Source: Gemmatimonadaceae bacterium
Lineage (GTDB): Bacteria > Gemmatimonadota > Gemmatimonadetes > Gemmatimonadales > Gemmatimonadaceae
Assembly: GCA_041486565.1 (NCBI GenBank)
Contig: JBGPLS010000001.1
Span: 412 to 64,411, forward strand
Direction of reading: 5' to 3'
Length of the DNA stretch: 64,000 bases
Below, piece by piece: positions 10,913 through 23,276 of this stretch. Positions within the stretch are counted from its first letter, which is position 1; each line of letters opens with the position of its first letter. Made by a program: the position numbers and the translations under genes. Below the pieces are notes generated by a model. It made no database searches and was not told the DNA's origin. It saw only the letters and a list, made by a program, of their open reading frames with translations.

Positions 10913-13900
10913 CCTCGTGACGGTTTCCATCATCCACCAGGGGTATTGGCCCGCTCGCCGGCATGCCATCGAGTGTTGCACTCGCAACGCCTCTCTGTGC
11001 GCCAAGCGGATTTCGAACCCTGATCAGGTAGCTGCTCGATAGGTGTCTGTACGTCACGGTGAATTCAGGCCAGTTGGCCGGAATGCACGGGTCCATTTCC
11101 AGCGTCTCGCCTCGTTTGGTGAACCCGAGAATCGCCTCCAGCCCAACGCGGTACATCCAGCCCGCTGAGCCGGTATACCACGTCCAGCCTCCGCGTCCGA
11201 GATGTCCTTCTGCCGTGTAGACGTCCGCAGCGACGACGTACGGCTCGACTTTGTACTTCACCACCGCGTCGGGCGTGGCGGAGTGCGTCAGTGGGTTGAT
11301 CATCTGATACAGCTCGAACGCGCGATCGCCGTTTCCCTGCAGCGCGGTGGCGAGCACGGCCCATAACGCGGCGTGCGTGTACTGGGCTCCGTTCTCCCGC
11401 ACGCCAGGGAGATAGCCCTGGATGTAGCCCGGGTCGTGCTTGCTGTCGGTGAATGGGGGTGTCAGCAGCATGATTACGCGCGCGTCCTCACGCACCAGAT
11501 GCTCGTTCAGCGAGCGCATCGCCGTCTCCGCGTGTCCGGGCTCGCCCGCCCGCGAAATTACACTCCAGCTCTGTGCGATCGAATCGATCTTGCAGTCGTC
11601 ACTCTCAGCCGAGCCAAGGGGAGAGCCATCGTCGAAATAAGCACGACGGTACCACGATCCATCCCATCCGGCGCGTTCGACGGCTTCATTGTAATTGTTC
11701 GCCCACCGCACCATTTCCTCGCAGACCGCCTTGTCTCCCCGCGTTTCTGCATGCTCGGCGAATTTCCTGAGAGTCGCGATCAGGAACCAGGCCAGCCACA
11801 CGCTCTCACCCTTTCCGCCAATCCCGACGCGATTCATGCCGTCATTCCAGTCTCCACTCCCCATCAGCGGAAGTCCATGCTCTCCCACTGTCGAGGCACG
11901 CCTGAGGGCCCGCACGCAGTGGTCGTAGAGCGGCTCTACCATCTCTGAAATCTCCGGCAGCTCGTACAGCTCGGCTTCATCAGGATTGAGCTCACGCATG
12001 TGAAGATAGGAAACCTTCTCGTCGAGTATCGCCGTGTCGTTCGAGAGACTCAGATAGTGATTCACCGTGTAGGGAAGCCATACGAGGTCGTCGGAGAACC
12101 GAGTGCGAATGCCACGGCCGCTCTGCGGATGCCACCAGTGCTGCACGTCACCTTCTTCGAACTGCCGCGATGCGCTCCGGAGAATGTGCTCGCGCGCAAG
12201 CGCTGGCTCCGAATACACAAAGGCCATCACATCCTGTAGCTGATCGCGGAATCCGTAGGCGCCACTCCATTGATACAGTGCAGCTCGTGTCCACATCCGG
12301 CATGACAACGCCTGGTAAAGCATCCAGCCGTTCAGCATGATGTCGAAGGTCGGCTCGGGCGTTTCGACGGAGATGAGCCCCAGCCGGTCACGCCATGCGC
12401 GCGCAGCGTCGTCGAGCGCTGTGATGGCAGTGTCCGATGCACGGTATTGTGCGATCAATCGCTTCGCCTCGTCGTCCCCGTGACACGCGCCGAGCAATAT
12501 CACCAGCTGATGCGTCTCTCCAGGTGCCAGCTCGAGCCGAACCTGCAGCGCGCTGCACGGATCGATCGTATCGCCGATATCCTCCGTCATTCCAGTCCGC
12601 GACAGTCCCGCTGGTGCGGACAGGCTGCCATTTCGCCCGATGAACTCACGCCTTGCCGCCGTGTATGTCACCAGCGGTTCACTTACCGTCGTGAACGCCA
12701 CATAATCCGAGAACTGAGGATCGAAGCCATTACGCGCCAGCATCGCGCTCGAAGCCTCATCCATCCTCGTGCGGATGTGCTGCTGAGTCTTTTCACGATC
12801 GATCCCGAGCAGCCACTCGACGTAGCTCGTTACCTGTAGGCGCCGCAGGACGCTGCTGGTGTTGGTGATACTGAGAACACCGATCTTCACCGGATCTTCC
12901 TTCGCCATTCCGACCCGTAACGATGTCAAAATGCCCTTGTGGTCGTGCTCGAATACCGAATACCCGGCGCCATGCTTGATTGTATATAGCGTGCTTTCCC
13001 TGATCGGCTCGGGGGTCGGTGTCCACAGATCCTCGTTGTCCACATCACGGATGTAGATGCACTCTCCGGACGGATCTTCCACCGGGTCATTGTGCCACGG
13101 CGTAAGACGGTACGAGCTGTTCGTTGACCACATTGCGCCAGTCCCACTCTCGCTGACGCAGAATCCTCCGACAGGATTTCCAATGACGTTAATCCACGGC
13201 GCTGGAGGAAGCGCACCTCCACTCAGGCGAAGCTCATACTCTCCGGCGGCGTTGAAGCCGCCCATCCCGTTGAACTGCGCGAGCCCCTCACCTGTGACGA
13301 TCGAAGTCGCAGATGCTGTCTCCGGCAATGGAGCGGCATTGTGTTGCGGCGAGGCGCTCAGTTCGCGGGCGAGTGGCTCCGGACTCAGCGCTCCAGCTCT
13401 CGCCAAATAACTGTCTTCCACATGGGGGAATTCAAGAAAATTACCGAGACCCAGTCCGTCGCAGTCAACCTGGATCCGCGCAATTGAATACAGAAGATCC
13501 ATATCCCCTGGTTTCAGCAGATCCGCCCGCCGAATGAAAACGCCACCAGGACGATCGAGGAACCCCGACTCACTCGACGCCAACACCGTCGAAAGCAGCT
13601 CGTCCGCGAGCTCCTGCAGATACGTAGGTGGATGAAGGCTGAGAATCACGAGGTCGCATGTCAGGCCCTTGAGCCGCCAGTAGTGATGGACCCGCAGCAG
13701 CTGCCGCACGCTCGACAGTCCCGCGGACACTTCCAGCGTCGCGAGGAGAATCGGCCAGTCTCCCGAGATACCCATCGCCCAGAGCTCCGTTTGGCCGAGC
13801 TGCGGCTCCTCTCCCTTGGATGTCAGTCCCCTGAATCCAGGATGCGTGTAGATGAGGTGACCAGCCAGCTCCTGATAGAGCGCGGAATCGGCGGGGCTTA

Positions 13901-16900
13901 TTCCGAGGTCCCGCAACTCCGCTTGTGCCTGTGCCCACGACAGATCGAGAGCCCGTCGCGCGCTGTACGAGTCGTGGTAGAGATCGGCGAGCTGAATCGC
14001 GGTCTCGCGCTCTTCGGCGACGAAGGTCGTGAACGTTACTTCAGCCGAGCGCCCCGCAGGAACGGTGACCCTCGTTCGCAGGGCGAAGATCGGATCCAGC
14101 ACCGACCCCACGGTGCCCGAAAGCTTGGCCCCTTTGTCGAGCGCGACAGGGTCCCGAACTGATCGGCCTCGCCCAATGAAACGAGCGCGGTCGGTCTCAC
14201 AGGTCACCGACCCGACCAGGCCTGGACCTGCAGCCGCCACGTGCCCGCACCACCTGACCTTCTCGGTGGCCGATCGAGGGCGCCGCGCTGCGAGGATCGC
14301 CGCACTTTCGGCGAGCCAATCCGTCTGCATGAATAGATTCCCGAACGCCGGATGTGCGCGATCGACGTCTGGTGGTTGCATCACTATCTCAGCGTAGCTA
14401 GTCAGCTCGATCTCGCGCGCGGTGGACGAGCGGTTGAACACGATCACCCGCCGTACCTCCGCAGCATCGTCCGACGCCACAGCGATCTCCATCTGCGTCT
14501 CGATGTCGCCGTCGCGGCGCATGAAAGTGACCCGGTCGCTCGCGAACAGCACACGATACCAGTTTGCTTCAGCGCATACCGGCTGATGCCCCACCGACCA
14601 TACCCGTCCGTTCGACAGGTCCTTCAGGTAACACCACTGCCCGTGATTGTCTCTTGTCCCGTCGTTACGCCAGCGACTCACTGCCAGCGGTCCATATTGG
14701 CTGAGGCCACTCCCCGCATTGCTGATGATCGTCGTATAGGGAACGCTCCCCAGAATCGCGATCCTCGGCTGCGGCGTATTTGCCGTATCCAGCTCGCGAA
14801 CAGCGGGCTTCTCGGTTTCGGACGGCACATGCGGGTAGTCGTCTTGCGTCGCGAGATTCTGGACAACGAGCCTGCGCGGAATTCTCTCCTGCAGGAGGAG
14901 CTCCGCCGACCTCACCAGCGGATCCGAGTGAAACCGCTCCTGCCAGATCTTCCTGTTGAGCACATTATCGAACGCAACGAGAGTCATGCCTATATGGTGC
15001 GCCATGTACGCACCGATGACCGCCTTGCGGCTGCCAGGCAGCGGACGCGTGTAATCGATCGAGTCGCGGAATCCGTATGGGCCGAGCGCACCCTCTGCTT
15101 CGAGGGCCGATAGATTGCGAACCGCCTGGTGTGGCTCGACCAGCATTGCCAGGACCGTTGCATACGGAGCGACCACGAGATCCTTGCTCAACCCACGCTT
15201 GAGTGCCAGGTCTGGAACACCGAATCCGCGATACTGATATGTGTAGCCCCGATCGCGAACATTGTACGCGGATTCGGAGATTCCCCATGGAACGCCACGC
15301 TCGGCACCATACGAGATGTGCCTTCGCACTGCGCCCTGGTGCGTCTGGCTGAGAAGTGTCGAAGGGAATGTGCGGAGAACGAGAGCCGGCATCAGGTACT
15401 CGAACATGCTCCCGCTCCACGAGATCAGCGTCCGCGTGCCGCCCACCGAAGTGAGCGAGCGTCCGAGCTTGAACCAGTGATCCACCGGGACGTCGTCCTT
15501 CGCGATGGCAATGAACGATCCGAGGCGTGATTCGGAGGCGAGCAGATCATAGTACGAGTTGTCGAAGCTGTTCGCGGATTGCTGGTATCCGATCGAGAAA
15601 AGCTTTCGCCGCTCGTCGAACAAGAACTTGAAATCCATCTCCAGCACGTAGGTGCGGGCACGCTCGGCGATTGCCTGCAGCCGCTTTGCCTGCTCCGGCG
15701 CGCAGTCCGGAGTCTTCAACAATTGGATACATCCCTGCTTCAGAGCGATCAGGTGGCCGGCGAAGTTTCCGCTGTCCACCGTAGAGATGTACGCCGGCTC
15801 CAGCACCCGCAGATCGGACAGGTTATACCAGTTGTAGAAGTGACCGCGGTAGCGGCGCATTCGTTCGAGCGATCGAAAAACCCGCTCGAGTCGCTCGATC
15901 GTTTCCTCAAGCGTGATGAACCCCATGTCGTACGCAGAGACAGTAGCCAGACACTGCAACCCGACATTGGTCGGTGATGTTCGCCCGGCGATCACGGGAT
16001 CGGGGTCTTCCTGGAAGTTATCAGGCGCCAGCCACTGAGTCTCCGCAGTGACGAAGTGCTCGAAGAAATTCCAGTGGAGCTTTGCATAGCGAAGCGTGAC
16101 CGTTCGCTCTCCGTCGCTGAGCCGAAGCTCGCGTGGTGTTGCCGGCACACTGAGTCCGAGAGCGATTGCCGGAGACACCAGCCAAAGCAGGATTAGTGGC
16201 ACTGTCTCGCCCAGAAAAACGATCTGCCTCGGTATCGGTCCGGCGGCGAAGTTTCGCTCCTCGAGCAGTACCGCGATCACAAGGAGAAAGCTGATCAGAG
16301 CCACCGGCCACATGCGCCGCCAAACCTCCACTCGTGATCGGGACATCGCGCGCTCGACCTGGGACGCCGTTTGCCATTCCAGCAGCTTTCTCTTCGTGAT
16401 CGTCAGTCGGATGAGCGTGCGAATGATCGCATCGGCGCTCACTACCGCCTGATGCGGAAGAAACGTCACCGCCAGAACGAATTGCTGTGCGCTGACAGCG
16501 GCGTCACGTCCCACCGCGGCGTAGTAGGCGAGCCATGATTGATCGCGGGGAGGGCGCACTGCAGCGAGCACAAGAGAAAACACCCACGGGAATGCGATCG
16601 CGGCCAAAACGACCGCCGTCCACATCCACCGCGATCCGGGTAGCAGGAACCAGCCCGCAATCAGAAACACGAGCTGGGAGATCTCGATCAGACTGCGCCT
16701 CAGGTTGTCCAAAATCTTCCAGCGGGAGATCGCGGAAAGCCGGTTCGGTTCCGATCCCTCTGGCCCGGGCACCATCGTTCTGAGCCATTTGAGGAGTTGC
16801 CAGTCGCCGCGGATCCACCGATGCTTGCGTCGCGTGTAGGTTAGGTACCTCGCTGGATAATCGTCGTAGACCTCGATGTCCGTAGCGAGAGCCGCTCGGC

Positions 16901-19172
16901 AATAGGCACCCTCGATCAGATCATGACTGAGCAGCGTGTTCTCGGGGAACCTGCCGTGCGTTGCCTCCTCGAACGCGTCCACATCGTAAATACCCTTCCC
17001 GGTGAAGCTTCCCTCCGAGAAAAGGTCCTGGTACACATCCGAGACGGCTGTCGTATACGGATCGACGCCCGGATGTCCCGAATGAATTGCCGCGAAATAC
17101 GACGCGTGTGCGCTCGTCAGCGAGACTCCGACCCTCGGCTGCAGGATCCCATAGCCCCGCGCGATGCGGCCGAGCCCGGGGTCATACTCCGCGCGATTCA
17201 GCGGATGGGAAATTGCCCCGACGAGCATTTGCGCCGCCTCGCGCGGCAGAATGGTGTCCGAATCGAGAGTGATGACGAACTTGATCCCCTTCAGCGCCGA
17301 CGTGTCGCCTACTATGGTGGAGAAGGCGTAGGCCGCCTGTCCGCGAAGGAATCTGTTGAACTGCCCGAGCTTCCCCCGCTTCCGCTCCCATCCCATCCAC
17401 ACGCTCTGTTGTGGATTCCAGAGTCGCGGCCTGTGGAAGAGGTAGAAAACGTCGCGGCTACCTGCTGAATACTTGGCGTTCAGGGAGCCGATTCCCGACG
17501 ATGCAGCGTCGAGAATCTCCCCATCGTTCTCCCCTACCTCAGTAGGAGAGTCGGTGAAATCGCTCAGAATGGCGAAGAAGAGATTACGATCGCGATTGGC
17601 GAGGTACTGCACCTCGATATGCTCGAGCGCTTCTTCCACCGCCTGCACGCTTCCGAACAGCGTCGGTACCACAACAGCAGTCCGGCTCTCGTCCGGGATT
17701 CCACCCTCGCGGAATTCCATTTTCGGCAGCGTGCGAGGCGGCATCAGCAGTGTGACGAGCTGATTGACAACTCCGATTCCGATCTCGCTCGCCAGGAGCA
17801 GCGCTAGAAGAAGAATCGTGACGCTCTCGAACCCCTGCGGACGTGTCACAAAGAAAATCGCCGTCAGTGCGCCGAGTGTCGCTGCCGTGATGCTGAGGAA
17901 ATAGATCGTGTTCGGATTCTTCTGCGTCCAGCGATAGACCCGCTCCGAAAATGACGGAAGGTATCCGGTTTCCCGCTCGAGATCGTAGCGGCCATCGGCG
18001 ATGAGGTAATAGCCGATGTGGGACAGACGGGGATTTCCGGTCTTCGCGGCGGCCGCGGACAGAGCCAGCGCCGCGCCGGCGATATCCTCCTCCGCCAGTT
18101 TCGTTCGCCTCGCGATGTTCTCGACAACGTGCCGGTATTGATCGCGCGTTGCGAAGGACATCTTCGCATAATCGCCGGCGACGTCCTTTCGCAGGATCCT
18201 CTCAATGGCGCTCTGAGACTCGACGAAATCCTTCCAGTCGAGACGTGAGATCGTCCGCAGACTGGTGATGCAGTTGGCAACCGTAACCTGCGTCGCCGCG
18301 ATCCGGCGATTCGATCGGGTTACGGCCTCCTCGGCCGTGGGTCCGTCCTCCGCGATCCACTGCTCCAGCCAGATGAGCGGCGTGAAGTTCGCCTGAAATC
18401 CGCGTATCTGGTGCAGAAAGCGCGTCACGAACGTCGGCGTGAACGGCGGATGATTGTCGATGAACGAAGCCAGCTCGGTGGTCAGCTCAGCCGGTGATTT
18501 CTCGTTCGCGGCCATTAGCCGTTCCGCCCAGCCGTCCGCAACTTCCACTTCATCGAGCCGCGCCGAGACGCGGAGCGTCATCCGGCGGATGTTCTCGACG
18601 AGACCCAGCTCGAGCATCGTCGGAATCGCCCAGAGCTCGCCGATCTTCAGCGTGCCGACCTTCTGATACTCCCTCACGAAGAGCGTGATGTTCTCGAGGG
18701 ACAGATGTCCCTCCGTGTGGCCTATCAGCTCGATCGCGACGTCATAGACCCGCGGATATTCAGCCAGCGTTCCGCTGGCGAGTTTCGGAAGCTCCTGGTA
18801 ATAGCCGCTGGGCAGGTTGGTGCGAATCTCCCGTATGTGCTCCTGGACGATGTACGAGTTGTCGAGCAGCCACTCGCCCGCTGGACTGATGTCGACGCCA
18901 CGCTCGGTAGCTTCCGCCAGCCTGTCGCGTACTTCGTCCAGCACTTTCCGCGAATCGTCAAGTCGCTGAAGCAGCGGACCCGGACCACGTTGTTTCTTCG
19001 GAGGGAGAAGTCGGTGCTTGCGCGCGATACTGCGCGCGTGCTTCGCCAGCCGGTCGGCCCCCAGCGCCTCTCCGCGGATTGGTCCGACGAGCCGCCGCTC
19101 AGTGCCATCTGTGCGGCGGAAAAGATTCAGAAGTCTGTTCGAGGGACTGCGGGGCGGGGTTACGGTTGCCAC
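10884..19172 (-). CDS. ndvB: Cyclic beta-1,2-glucan synthase (Cgs/NdvB/ChvB; GT84 + GH94)
   Basis: 2762 aa; [35 protein letters not shown] block; GH94 motifs [37 protein letters not shown]. Confidence 0.95.
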   Translation of the reverse strand: MATVTPPRSPSNRLLNLFRRTDGTERRLVGPIRGEALGADRLAKHARSIARKHRLLPPKKQRGPGPLLQRLDDSRKVLDEVRDRLAEATERGVDISPAGEWLLDNSYIVQEHIREIRTNLPSGYYQELPKLASGTLAEYPRVYDVAIELIGHTEGHLSLENITLFVREYQKVGTLKIGELWAIPTMLELGLVENIRRMTLRVSARLDEVEVADGWAERLMAANEKSPAELTTELASFIDNHPPFTPTFVTRFLHQIRGFQANFTPLIWLEQWIAEDGPTAEEAVTRSNRRIAATQVTVANCITSLRTISRLDWKDFVESQSAIERILRKDVAGDYAKMSFATRDQYRHVVENIARRTKLAEEDIAGAALALSAAAAKTGNPRLSHIGYYLIADGRYDLERETGYLPSFSERVYRWTQKNPNTIYFLSITAATLGALTAIFFVTRPQGFESVTILLLALLLASEIGIGVVNQLVTLLMPPRTLPKMEFREGGIPDESRTAVVVPTLFGSVQAVEEALEHIEVQYLANRDRNLFFAILSDFTDSPTEVGENDGEILDAASSGIGSLNAKYSAGSRDVFYLFHRPRLWNPQQSVWMGWERKRGKLGQFNRFLRGQAAYAFSTIVGDTSALKGIKFVITLDSDTILPREAAQMLVGAISHPLNRAEYDPGLGRIARGYGILQPRVGVSLTSAHASYFAAIHSGHPGVDPYTTAVSDVYQDLFSEGSFTGKGIYDVDAFEEATHGRFPENTLLSHDLIEGAYCRAALATDIEVYDDYPARYLTYTRRKHRWIRGDWQLLKWLRTMVPGPEGSEPNRLSAISRWKILDNLRRSLIEISQLVFLIAGWFLLPGSRWMWTAVVLAAIAFPWVFSLVLAAVRPPRDQSWLAYYAAVGRDAAVSAQQFVLAVTFLPHQAVVSADAIIRTLIRLTITKRKLLEWQTASQVERAMSRSRVEVWRRMWPVALISFLLVIAVLLEERNFAAGPIPRQIVFLGETVPLILLWLVSPAIALGLSVPATPRELRLSDGERTVTLRYAKLHWNFFEHFVTAETQWLAPDNFQEDPDPVIAGRTSPTNVGLQCLATVSAYDMGFITLEETIERLERVFRSLERMRRYRGHFYNWYNLSDLRVLEPAYISTVDSGNFAGHLIALKQGCIQLLKTPDCAPEQAKRLQAIAERARTYVLEMDFKFLFDERRKLFSIGYQQSANSFDNSYYDLLASESRLGSFIAIAKDDVPVDHWFKLGRSLTSVGGTRTLISWSGSMFEYLMPALVLRTFPSTLLSQTHQGAVRRHISYGAERGVPWGISESAYNVRDRGYTYQYRGFGVPDLALKRGLSKDLVVAPYATVLAMLVEPHQAVRNLSALEAEGALGPYGFRDSIDYTRPLPGSRKAVIGAYMAHHIGMTLVAFDNVLNRKIWQERFHSDPLVRSAELLLQERIPRRLVVQNLATQDDYPHVPSETEKPAVRELDTANTPQPRIAILGSVPYTTIISNAGSGLSQYGPLAVSRWRNDGTRDNHGQWCYLKDLSNGRVWSVGHQPVCAEANWYRVLFASDRVTFMRRDGDIETQMEIAVASDDAAEVRRVIVFNRSSTAREIELTSYAEIVMQPPDVDRAHPAFGNLFMQTDWLAESAAILAARRPRSATEKVRWCGHVAAAGPGLVGSVTCETDRARFIGRGRSVRDPVALDKGAKLSGTVGSVLDPIFALRTRVTVPAGRSAEVTFTTFVAEERETAIQLADLYHDSYSARRALDLSWAQAQAELRDLGISPADSALYQELAGHLIYTHPGFRGLTSKGEEPQLGQTELWAMGISGDWPILLATLEVSAGLSSVRQLLRVHHYWRLKGLTCDLVILSLHPPTYLQELADELLSTVLASSESGFLDRPGGVFIRRADLLKPGDMDLLYSIARIQVDCDGLGLGNFLEFPHVEDSYLARAGALSPEPLARELSASPQHNAAPLPETASATSIVTGEGLAQFNGMGGFNAAGEYELRLSGGALPPAPWINVIGNPVGGFCVSESGTGAMWSTNSSYRLTPWHNDPVEDPSGECIYIRDVDNEDLWTPTPEPIRESTLYTIKHGAGYSVFEHDHKGILTSLRVGMAKEDPVKIGVLSITNTSSVLRRLQVTSYVEWLLGIDREKTQQHIRTRMDEASSAMLARNGFDPQFSDYVAFTTVSEPLVTYTAARREFIGRNGSLSAPAGLSRTGMTEDIGDTIDPCSALQVRLELAPGETHQLVILLGACHGDDEAKRLIAQYRASDTAITALDDAARAWRDRLGLISVETPEPTFDIMLNGWMLYQALSCRMWTRAALYQWSGAYGFRDQLQDVMAFVYSEPALAREHILRSASRQFEEGDVQHWWHPQSGRGIRTRFSDDLVWLPYTVNHYLSLSNDTAILDEKVSYLHMRELNPDEAELYELPEISEMVEPLYDHCVRALRRASTVGEHGLPLMGSGDWNDGMNRVGIGGKGESVWLAWFLIATLRKFAEHAETRGDKAVCEEMVRWANNYNEAVERAGWDGSWYRRAYFDDGSPLGSAESDDCKIDSIAQSWSVISRAGEPGHAETAMRSLNEHLVREDARVIMLLTPPFTDSKHDPGYIQGYLPGVRENGAQYTHAALWAVLATALQGNGDRAFELYQMINPLTHSATPDAVVKYKVEPYVVAADVYTAEGHLGRGGWTWYTGSAGWMYRVGLEAILGFTKRGETLEMDPCIPANWPEFTVTYRHLSSSYLIRVRNPLGAQRGVASATLDGMPASGPIPLVDDGNRHEVIVTLGPPT

Positions 19173-19185
19173 GGCGTAGTCAAAG

Positions 19186-19201
19186 TGCCAGAGACGTGCC
19201 G
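19186..19201 (-). promoter_or_regulatory. Possible sigma54 promoter for the glucan synthase
   Basis: Minus strand CGGCACGTCTCTGGCA = GG-N10-GC, 13 nt before the GTG start. Confidence 0.4.
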
Positions 19202-19207
19202 CTGCCG

Positions 19208-19543
19208 CTAACGGCCTGGCAGCTCCTGAAGCTCCGAGATAACGAATGTTCCAGTCGCATGTGCGTACAGCTTTCCATTCATGTCAACCAGGCGACCGTC
19301 TGCAGTCGCTGAGCGCTTGCCAAGATGCACCACCTGTCCCAAGCAGCGAATTCTGCCGGTGGAGATTGTAATCGGCCGAATGTAATTGATGTGAAGCACC
19401 ATCGTTGGAGCAACACTCGCGAGAGGCGGCGCAGGCAGCTCGCCATCTGCAATTCCTCGCATGTACTCGAGACCGGTAAGTGACAGAGCCGCTCTTCTTC
19501 CCGGCGCTGGATCGCTCCACGTCGCAGTTCGTGTTCGGTTCAT
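19208..19543 (-). pseudogene. PaaI-family thioesterase with an in-frame internal deletion
   Basis: N-terminus (GLEYMRGIADGELPAPP) joins directly to the C-terminus (LHINYIRPIT...GKRSATADGRLVD..GKLYAHATGT); the usual N..G.vHGG...D core is absent. Confidence 0.7.
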
Positions 19544-19585
19544 GAAGGGTAAGATCCCCTCTTCATCTCCGCGAGCGCTAGGTGC

Positions 19586-19635
19586 GGATCCAGGGGCACC
19601 CCGTTCCATTTGGACGAGATGCCCCTGCAGGATCC
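19586..19635 (-). terminator. Long GC-rich hairpin downstream of the OmpA gene
   Basis: GGATCC-AGGGGCA...TGCCCCT-GCA-GGATCC inverted repeat; no clear U tract. Confidence 0.45.
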
Positions 19636-19652
19636 TGCGCCGTTATCGCTCG

Positions 19653-20339
19653 CTAGCTTCCGGCCAGACTCTTCTTGACCTCTGCGCGGTAGGCATCACT
19701 GGCGTAGATCGCGACTTCCACCCGACGGTTGAGCTGGCGACCTGCTTCGGTGTCGTTCGACGCGACCGGCTCGTACTCACCCCGCCCATTGGTCGCGATC
19801 CTTGCCCTTGCTACACCCTGTCCCGCAAGGTAGGAAGCGGCCGAGTTCGAGCGACGCAACGACAGGCCCTGGTTGTACGACTCATCACCCTGGCTGTCGG
19901 TGTGTCCGACAATCAGAAGCTGCGACTTCGGATACTGATTGAGACTCCGCGCCAGCTCGACCAGGTTCCGGCCAGCATCGGGACGGATTGCAGCGGAATC
20001 GAAATCGAACAGCAGTCCGGAATCGAACGTCACCTGGATCCCTTCGCCAACACGCTCGACTTTCGCGCCAGGGATGTTGACTGCAAGCTCCTTCGCCTGT
20101 TGGTCCATCTGGTGTCCGATGATAGCGCCGGCAGCGCCACCAACGACTGCGCCTATGATCGCACCCTTAGCGGTTGATCCACTGCTGGTGCCGATCACAC
20201 CACCGACTGCCGCACCGGCCGTTGCTCCGATCACCGCACCCCGCTCCTTGTTGCTCATCGAAGCGCACGCAGACGATGCGAGCGACCCGAGAGCTGCCAA
20301 GGCCACGATGGTCCATTCGATTGTTTGATTCTTCTTCAT
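19653..20339 (-). CDS. OmpA-family lipoprotein with glycine zipper (YiaD-like)
   Basis: Lipobox SAC, Gly-zipper, LLFDFDS, VGHTDSQG, GRQLNRRVEV. Confidence 0.95.
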   Translation of the reverse strand: MKKNQTIEWTIVALAALGSLASSACASMSNKERGAVIGATAGAAVGGVIGTSSGSTAKGAIIGAVVGGAAGAIIGHQMDQQAKELAVNIPGAKVERVGEGIQVTFDSGLLFDFDSAAIRPDAGRNLVELARSLNQYPKSQLLIVGHTDSQGDESYNQGLSLRRSNSAASYLAGQGVARARIATNGRGEYEPVASNDTEAGRQLNRRVEVAIYASDAYRAEVKKSLAGS

Positions 20340-20472
20340 CGTTTGGTTCTCCTGAAAAACGTCAATTACTGGTCGAATACAGTTCAGAAATCATGCCCAG
20401 GGAAACGATCGACAACAAAAAAGCGGCTTCTCGCCACCTTATAATCAGACCCTCTCATGACGGATGCCGGGA

Positions 20473-21339
20473 CTAACGACGCACCCGGTAGCCGCCGCCG
20501 AATCTGAAGGTCACGCCGTCTTCTCTGACCCCATAAGCCTGCGCCGAGAGGTCGAACGTGCTGGAGACTTCTGCCGTCACGCCGCCGAACATCGTGACGC
20601 GGTTCAGATTCACGCTGATCAGAGTGGTATCCACACTTCCCAGCCCATCGGTGAAGCCGACGTGAAATCTCGGCCGCAGAAAGCTTCTTCCCCCTCCAGC
20701 GTAGAAGGCGAGACGACCGTCCCACGCTGCTGTGCTCAGGATCGCCTCGATCCCGGCCATTGTCGGTTTGAAAGTATCGAGCGACGGCTTCGTACCGAAA
20801 CACGGCCGCATGACATTCGTCATCTGAAGCGCCTTGCTCGGACAAGTTATCGCGCCCTTGACCTGACCCGCTGTTCCGTGAATGCGAAGCATGATGTCCG
20901 TCGAATTACCCGTCGAGGCCATCCTCAGTCGCTTCACCCACGACAGAGCGGCGCTACCAAGGTTGGGCTCCGCATCGTGAATCTTGACCGGGGGGAGATA
21001 ACTGGCCTCGACTGCGAACCCGCCCGGGAGCGTAAGCGTCAGTCGCGGACGGCCGAAATACGGCGACAGGCCGGTATTCTCGCTCTTCTTGGTGAAACAG
21101 GCCCCCGATGTTTGAATCGCCGAGTCAGGATCCGGGATTGGACTGCCTTCCGCACCAATGCGAAGCGTCCACGGGAGCGCGTGCTCTGGTGCACTCGCCG
21201 GCGAGAAGGAAATGGGAGCCGAATAGAATGCGAGCAGCCTTGCCTCATTGCTGTTCCTCGGAACGCGACATTCCGCTGCCAGGCCCGGTACCGACCCCGC
21301 ACAGCTCAGCACGATGAGTAACAGACTGGCCCGTGGCAC
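20473..21339 (-). CDS. Hypothetical exported protein, possibly an outer-membrane beta-barrel
   Basis: Signal peptide, alternating beta-strand pattern, C-terminal FRFGGGYR. Confidence 0.6.
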   Translation of the reverse strand: MPRASLLLIVLSCAGSVPGLAAECRVPRNSNEARLLAFYSAPISFSPASAPEHALPWTLRIGAEGSPIPDPDSAIQTSGACFTKKSENTGLSPYFGRPRLTLTLPGGFAVEASYLPPVKIHDAEPNLGSAALSWVKRLRMASTGNSTDIMLRIHGTAGQVKGAITCPSKALQMTNVMRPCFGTKPSLDTFKPTMAGIEAILSTAAWDGRLAFYAGGGRSFLRPRFHVGFTDGLGSVDTTLISVNLNRVTMFGGVTAEVSSTFDLSAQAYGVREDGVTFRFGGGYRVRR

Positions 21340-21341
21340 TG

Positions 21342-21527
21342 TTACTTGCGGAGCTTGTCGACCGCTTGGTCGAGCTTCTCCTGGACACGGAGATATTCTT
21401 CGTTGATTGCTTTCATCGCATCGGGCATCTCGACCTTCGCCTTCTCGATCGCGTCAGAAAGTCTTCCCATCGCTTTCGTCAGCCCTTCCTCGAGCTGCTC
21501 CCAGCCCTTCTTTAGTTCGTCTCCCAT
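21342..21527 (-). CDS. Small helical hypothetical protein (61 aa)
   Basis: ATG with GAGG upstream, amphipathic coiled-coil sequence, abuts the next gene. Confidence 0.65.
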   Translation of the reverse strand: MGDELKKGWEQLEEGLTKAMGRLSDAIEKAKVEMPDAMKAINEEYLRVQEKLDQAVDKLRK

Positions 21528-21613
21528 CTCGCCCTCACCTCGCTTCCGCAACTTGCGAATTCAATGCTCATTTTTCGGTGGAATGCTGTCCGGCAAAGCA
21601 TAGATTCCGTTCC

Positions 21614-22702
21614 ATGACAATCACCACTATGCCTTCGACCAACACAATGTACCGAGCGCTCGCGGAGCGTGATAGCACGTACGATGGTGTCTTCTTCGCC
21701 GCTATCCGCACCACCGGAGTATTCTGCCGCCCCACCTGCGCGGCGAAGAAGCCTCGGCAAGAGAACGTGGAGTTCTACTCTTCAGTCGGCGATGCAGTCT
21801 CCGCCGGCTACCGCCCCTGCAAGCGGTGCCGTCCGATGGAGCCGGCGGGCAAACCGCCTGCATGGCTCGAACCGCTGCTGGCACGAGTTGAGGAGGATCC
21901 GAAGCGCCGCTGGAAGGACGCGGACTTGCGCCAGGCCGAGCTCGATCCGGCTCGCGTGCGTCGCTGGTTCCTCCGACATCACGGCATCACCTTCCACGCA
22001 TATCAGCGGGCACGGCGTCTTGGACTTGCTCTCGGACATATCCGGCACGGCGACAAGTGGGAAGGAGTCGGCTACACGCACGGCTTTGATTCGGCGAGCG
22101 GTTTCCGTGAGGCCTTTACGCGCGCATTCGATCGCACGCCCCCACGCGGTACGACGCTGGCACCTCTTGTCCTCGGCCGGCTTCTCACTCCACTTGGTCC
22201 GATGCTCGCCGGGGCGACTTCGGAAGGGATATGTCTTCTCGAGTTTGCCGATCGGCGGATGCTCGAAACGCAGATTGAGCGGCTTGGAAAGTGGTTCGAC
22301 TCCGCGGTTGTGCCCGGTGAGCATGAGCACATTGCCCGTCTTGAAAACGAGCTCGGGCTCTATTTCTCAGGAAAGATCCGCCACTTCACAGTGCCGGTCG
22401 TGCTGCGCGGAACTCCATTTCAGGTCGCGGCCTGGGAGCGGCTGTTACGCATACCGTATGGAGAGACAATCAGCTACGAGCAGCAGGCTCGCGACATGGG
22501 TCGGCAGGGTGCCCAGCGCGCGGTCGGGAAGGCCAATGGCGATAATCGCATTGCGATCGTCGTCCCATGTCATCGTGTCGTCAGGCAGAACGGAGAGCTT
22601 TGCGGCTATGGTGGCGGTCTCTGGCGAAAGAAGTTTCTCCTCGACCACGAGCGCAGCCGGCGCGAGATCATCGAGCCCGGGTCAGGCCTACGCGACAGTT
22701 GA
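21614..22702 (+). CDS. ada: Bifunctional transcriptional activator / O6-methylguanine-DNA methyltransferase Ada
   Basis: TTGVFCRPTC and GYRPCKRC Zn site, AraC HTH, GTPFQ, PCHRV. Confidence 0.95.
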   Translation: MTITTMPSTNTMYRALAERDSTYDGVFFAAIRTTGVFCRPTCAAKKPRQENVEFYSSVGDAVSAGYRPCKRCRPMEPAGKPPAWLEPLLARVEEDPKRRWKDADLRQAELDPARVRRWFLRHHGITFHAYQRARRLGLALGHIRHGDKWEGVGYTHGFDSASGFREAFTRAFDRTPPRGTTLAPLVLGRLLTPLGPMLAGATSEGICLLEFADRRMLETQIERLGKWFDSAVVPGEHEHIARLENELGLYFSGKIRHFTVPVVLRGTPFQVAAWERLLRIPYGETISYEQQARDMGRQGAQRAVGKANGDNRIAIVVPCHRVVRQNGELCGYGGGLWRKKFLLDHERSRREIIEPGSGLRDS

Positions 22703-22707
22703 CGGAG

Positions 22708-23211
22708 TCAGCTTGGCGGCACGGCGTCTCTGACAACATGCTCGCTTCGCGATAGAGCCAGCACCAGCAGTAAAGCTCCGCAGAAGACTCCCGCGTCGGC
22801 GACGTTGAAGGTCCAGAATCGAGCGGCCCCAAAACCGATGTCGATGAAGTCCACTACACCCCGGGTGGAACGGAGGCGATCGATCAGATTGCCGGCCGCT
22901 CCTCCACCGATGAGGGCGAGTGCTATGGCGGCAGTGCGCCCGTCTCCGGCAATTCGTCGGTGATACAGCCCCAACCCACAAAGCATCACCGCGGCAATCA
23001 CGCTGAACGCGATACGTGAGTGCCCCCCGGCTGACAGACCCATTGCCGCATGGGGATTGTATGCAAGAGTCAACCTGAGAATATCTCCGATTACCCGGTG
23101 CGGGAGATGGGCGGGTGTGAGCTTCTCGACGGCTAGTTGCTTCGTCGCACAATCCACTGCCACGAGGCTGATAAGCACAGGCCAGAAAGCGGCCGCCTTT
23201 GTCTTTTTCAT
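22708..23211 (-). CDS. lspA: Lipoprotein signal peptidase II
   Basis: GGAAGNLIDR, GVVDFID, FNVAD. Confidence 0.95.
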   Translation of the reverse strand: MKKTKAAAFWPVLISLVAVDCATKQLAVEKLTPAHLPHRVIGDILRLTLAYNPHAAMGLSAGGHSRIAFSVIAAVMLCGLGLYHRRIAGDGRTAAIALALIGGGAAGNLIDRLRSTRGVVDFIDIGFGAARFWTFNVADAGVFCGALLLVLALSRSEHVVRDAVPPS

Positions 23212-23276
23212 GTGAGGAGATTAGTAACTAGTCGATACTAATTAGCTCTTCATCGCGAGCTTGCCCGGAAAGCTAA

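Noticed and set aside
21407-21613. N-terminal extension of Ada in the ORF track
   Set aside because: It overlaps the divergent small gene; homology starts near ATG 21614.
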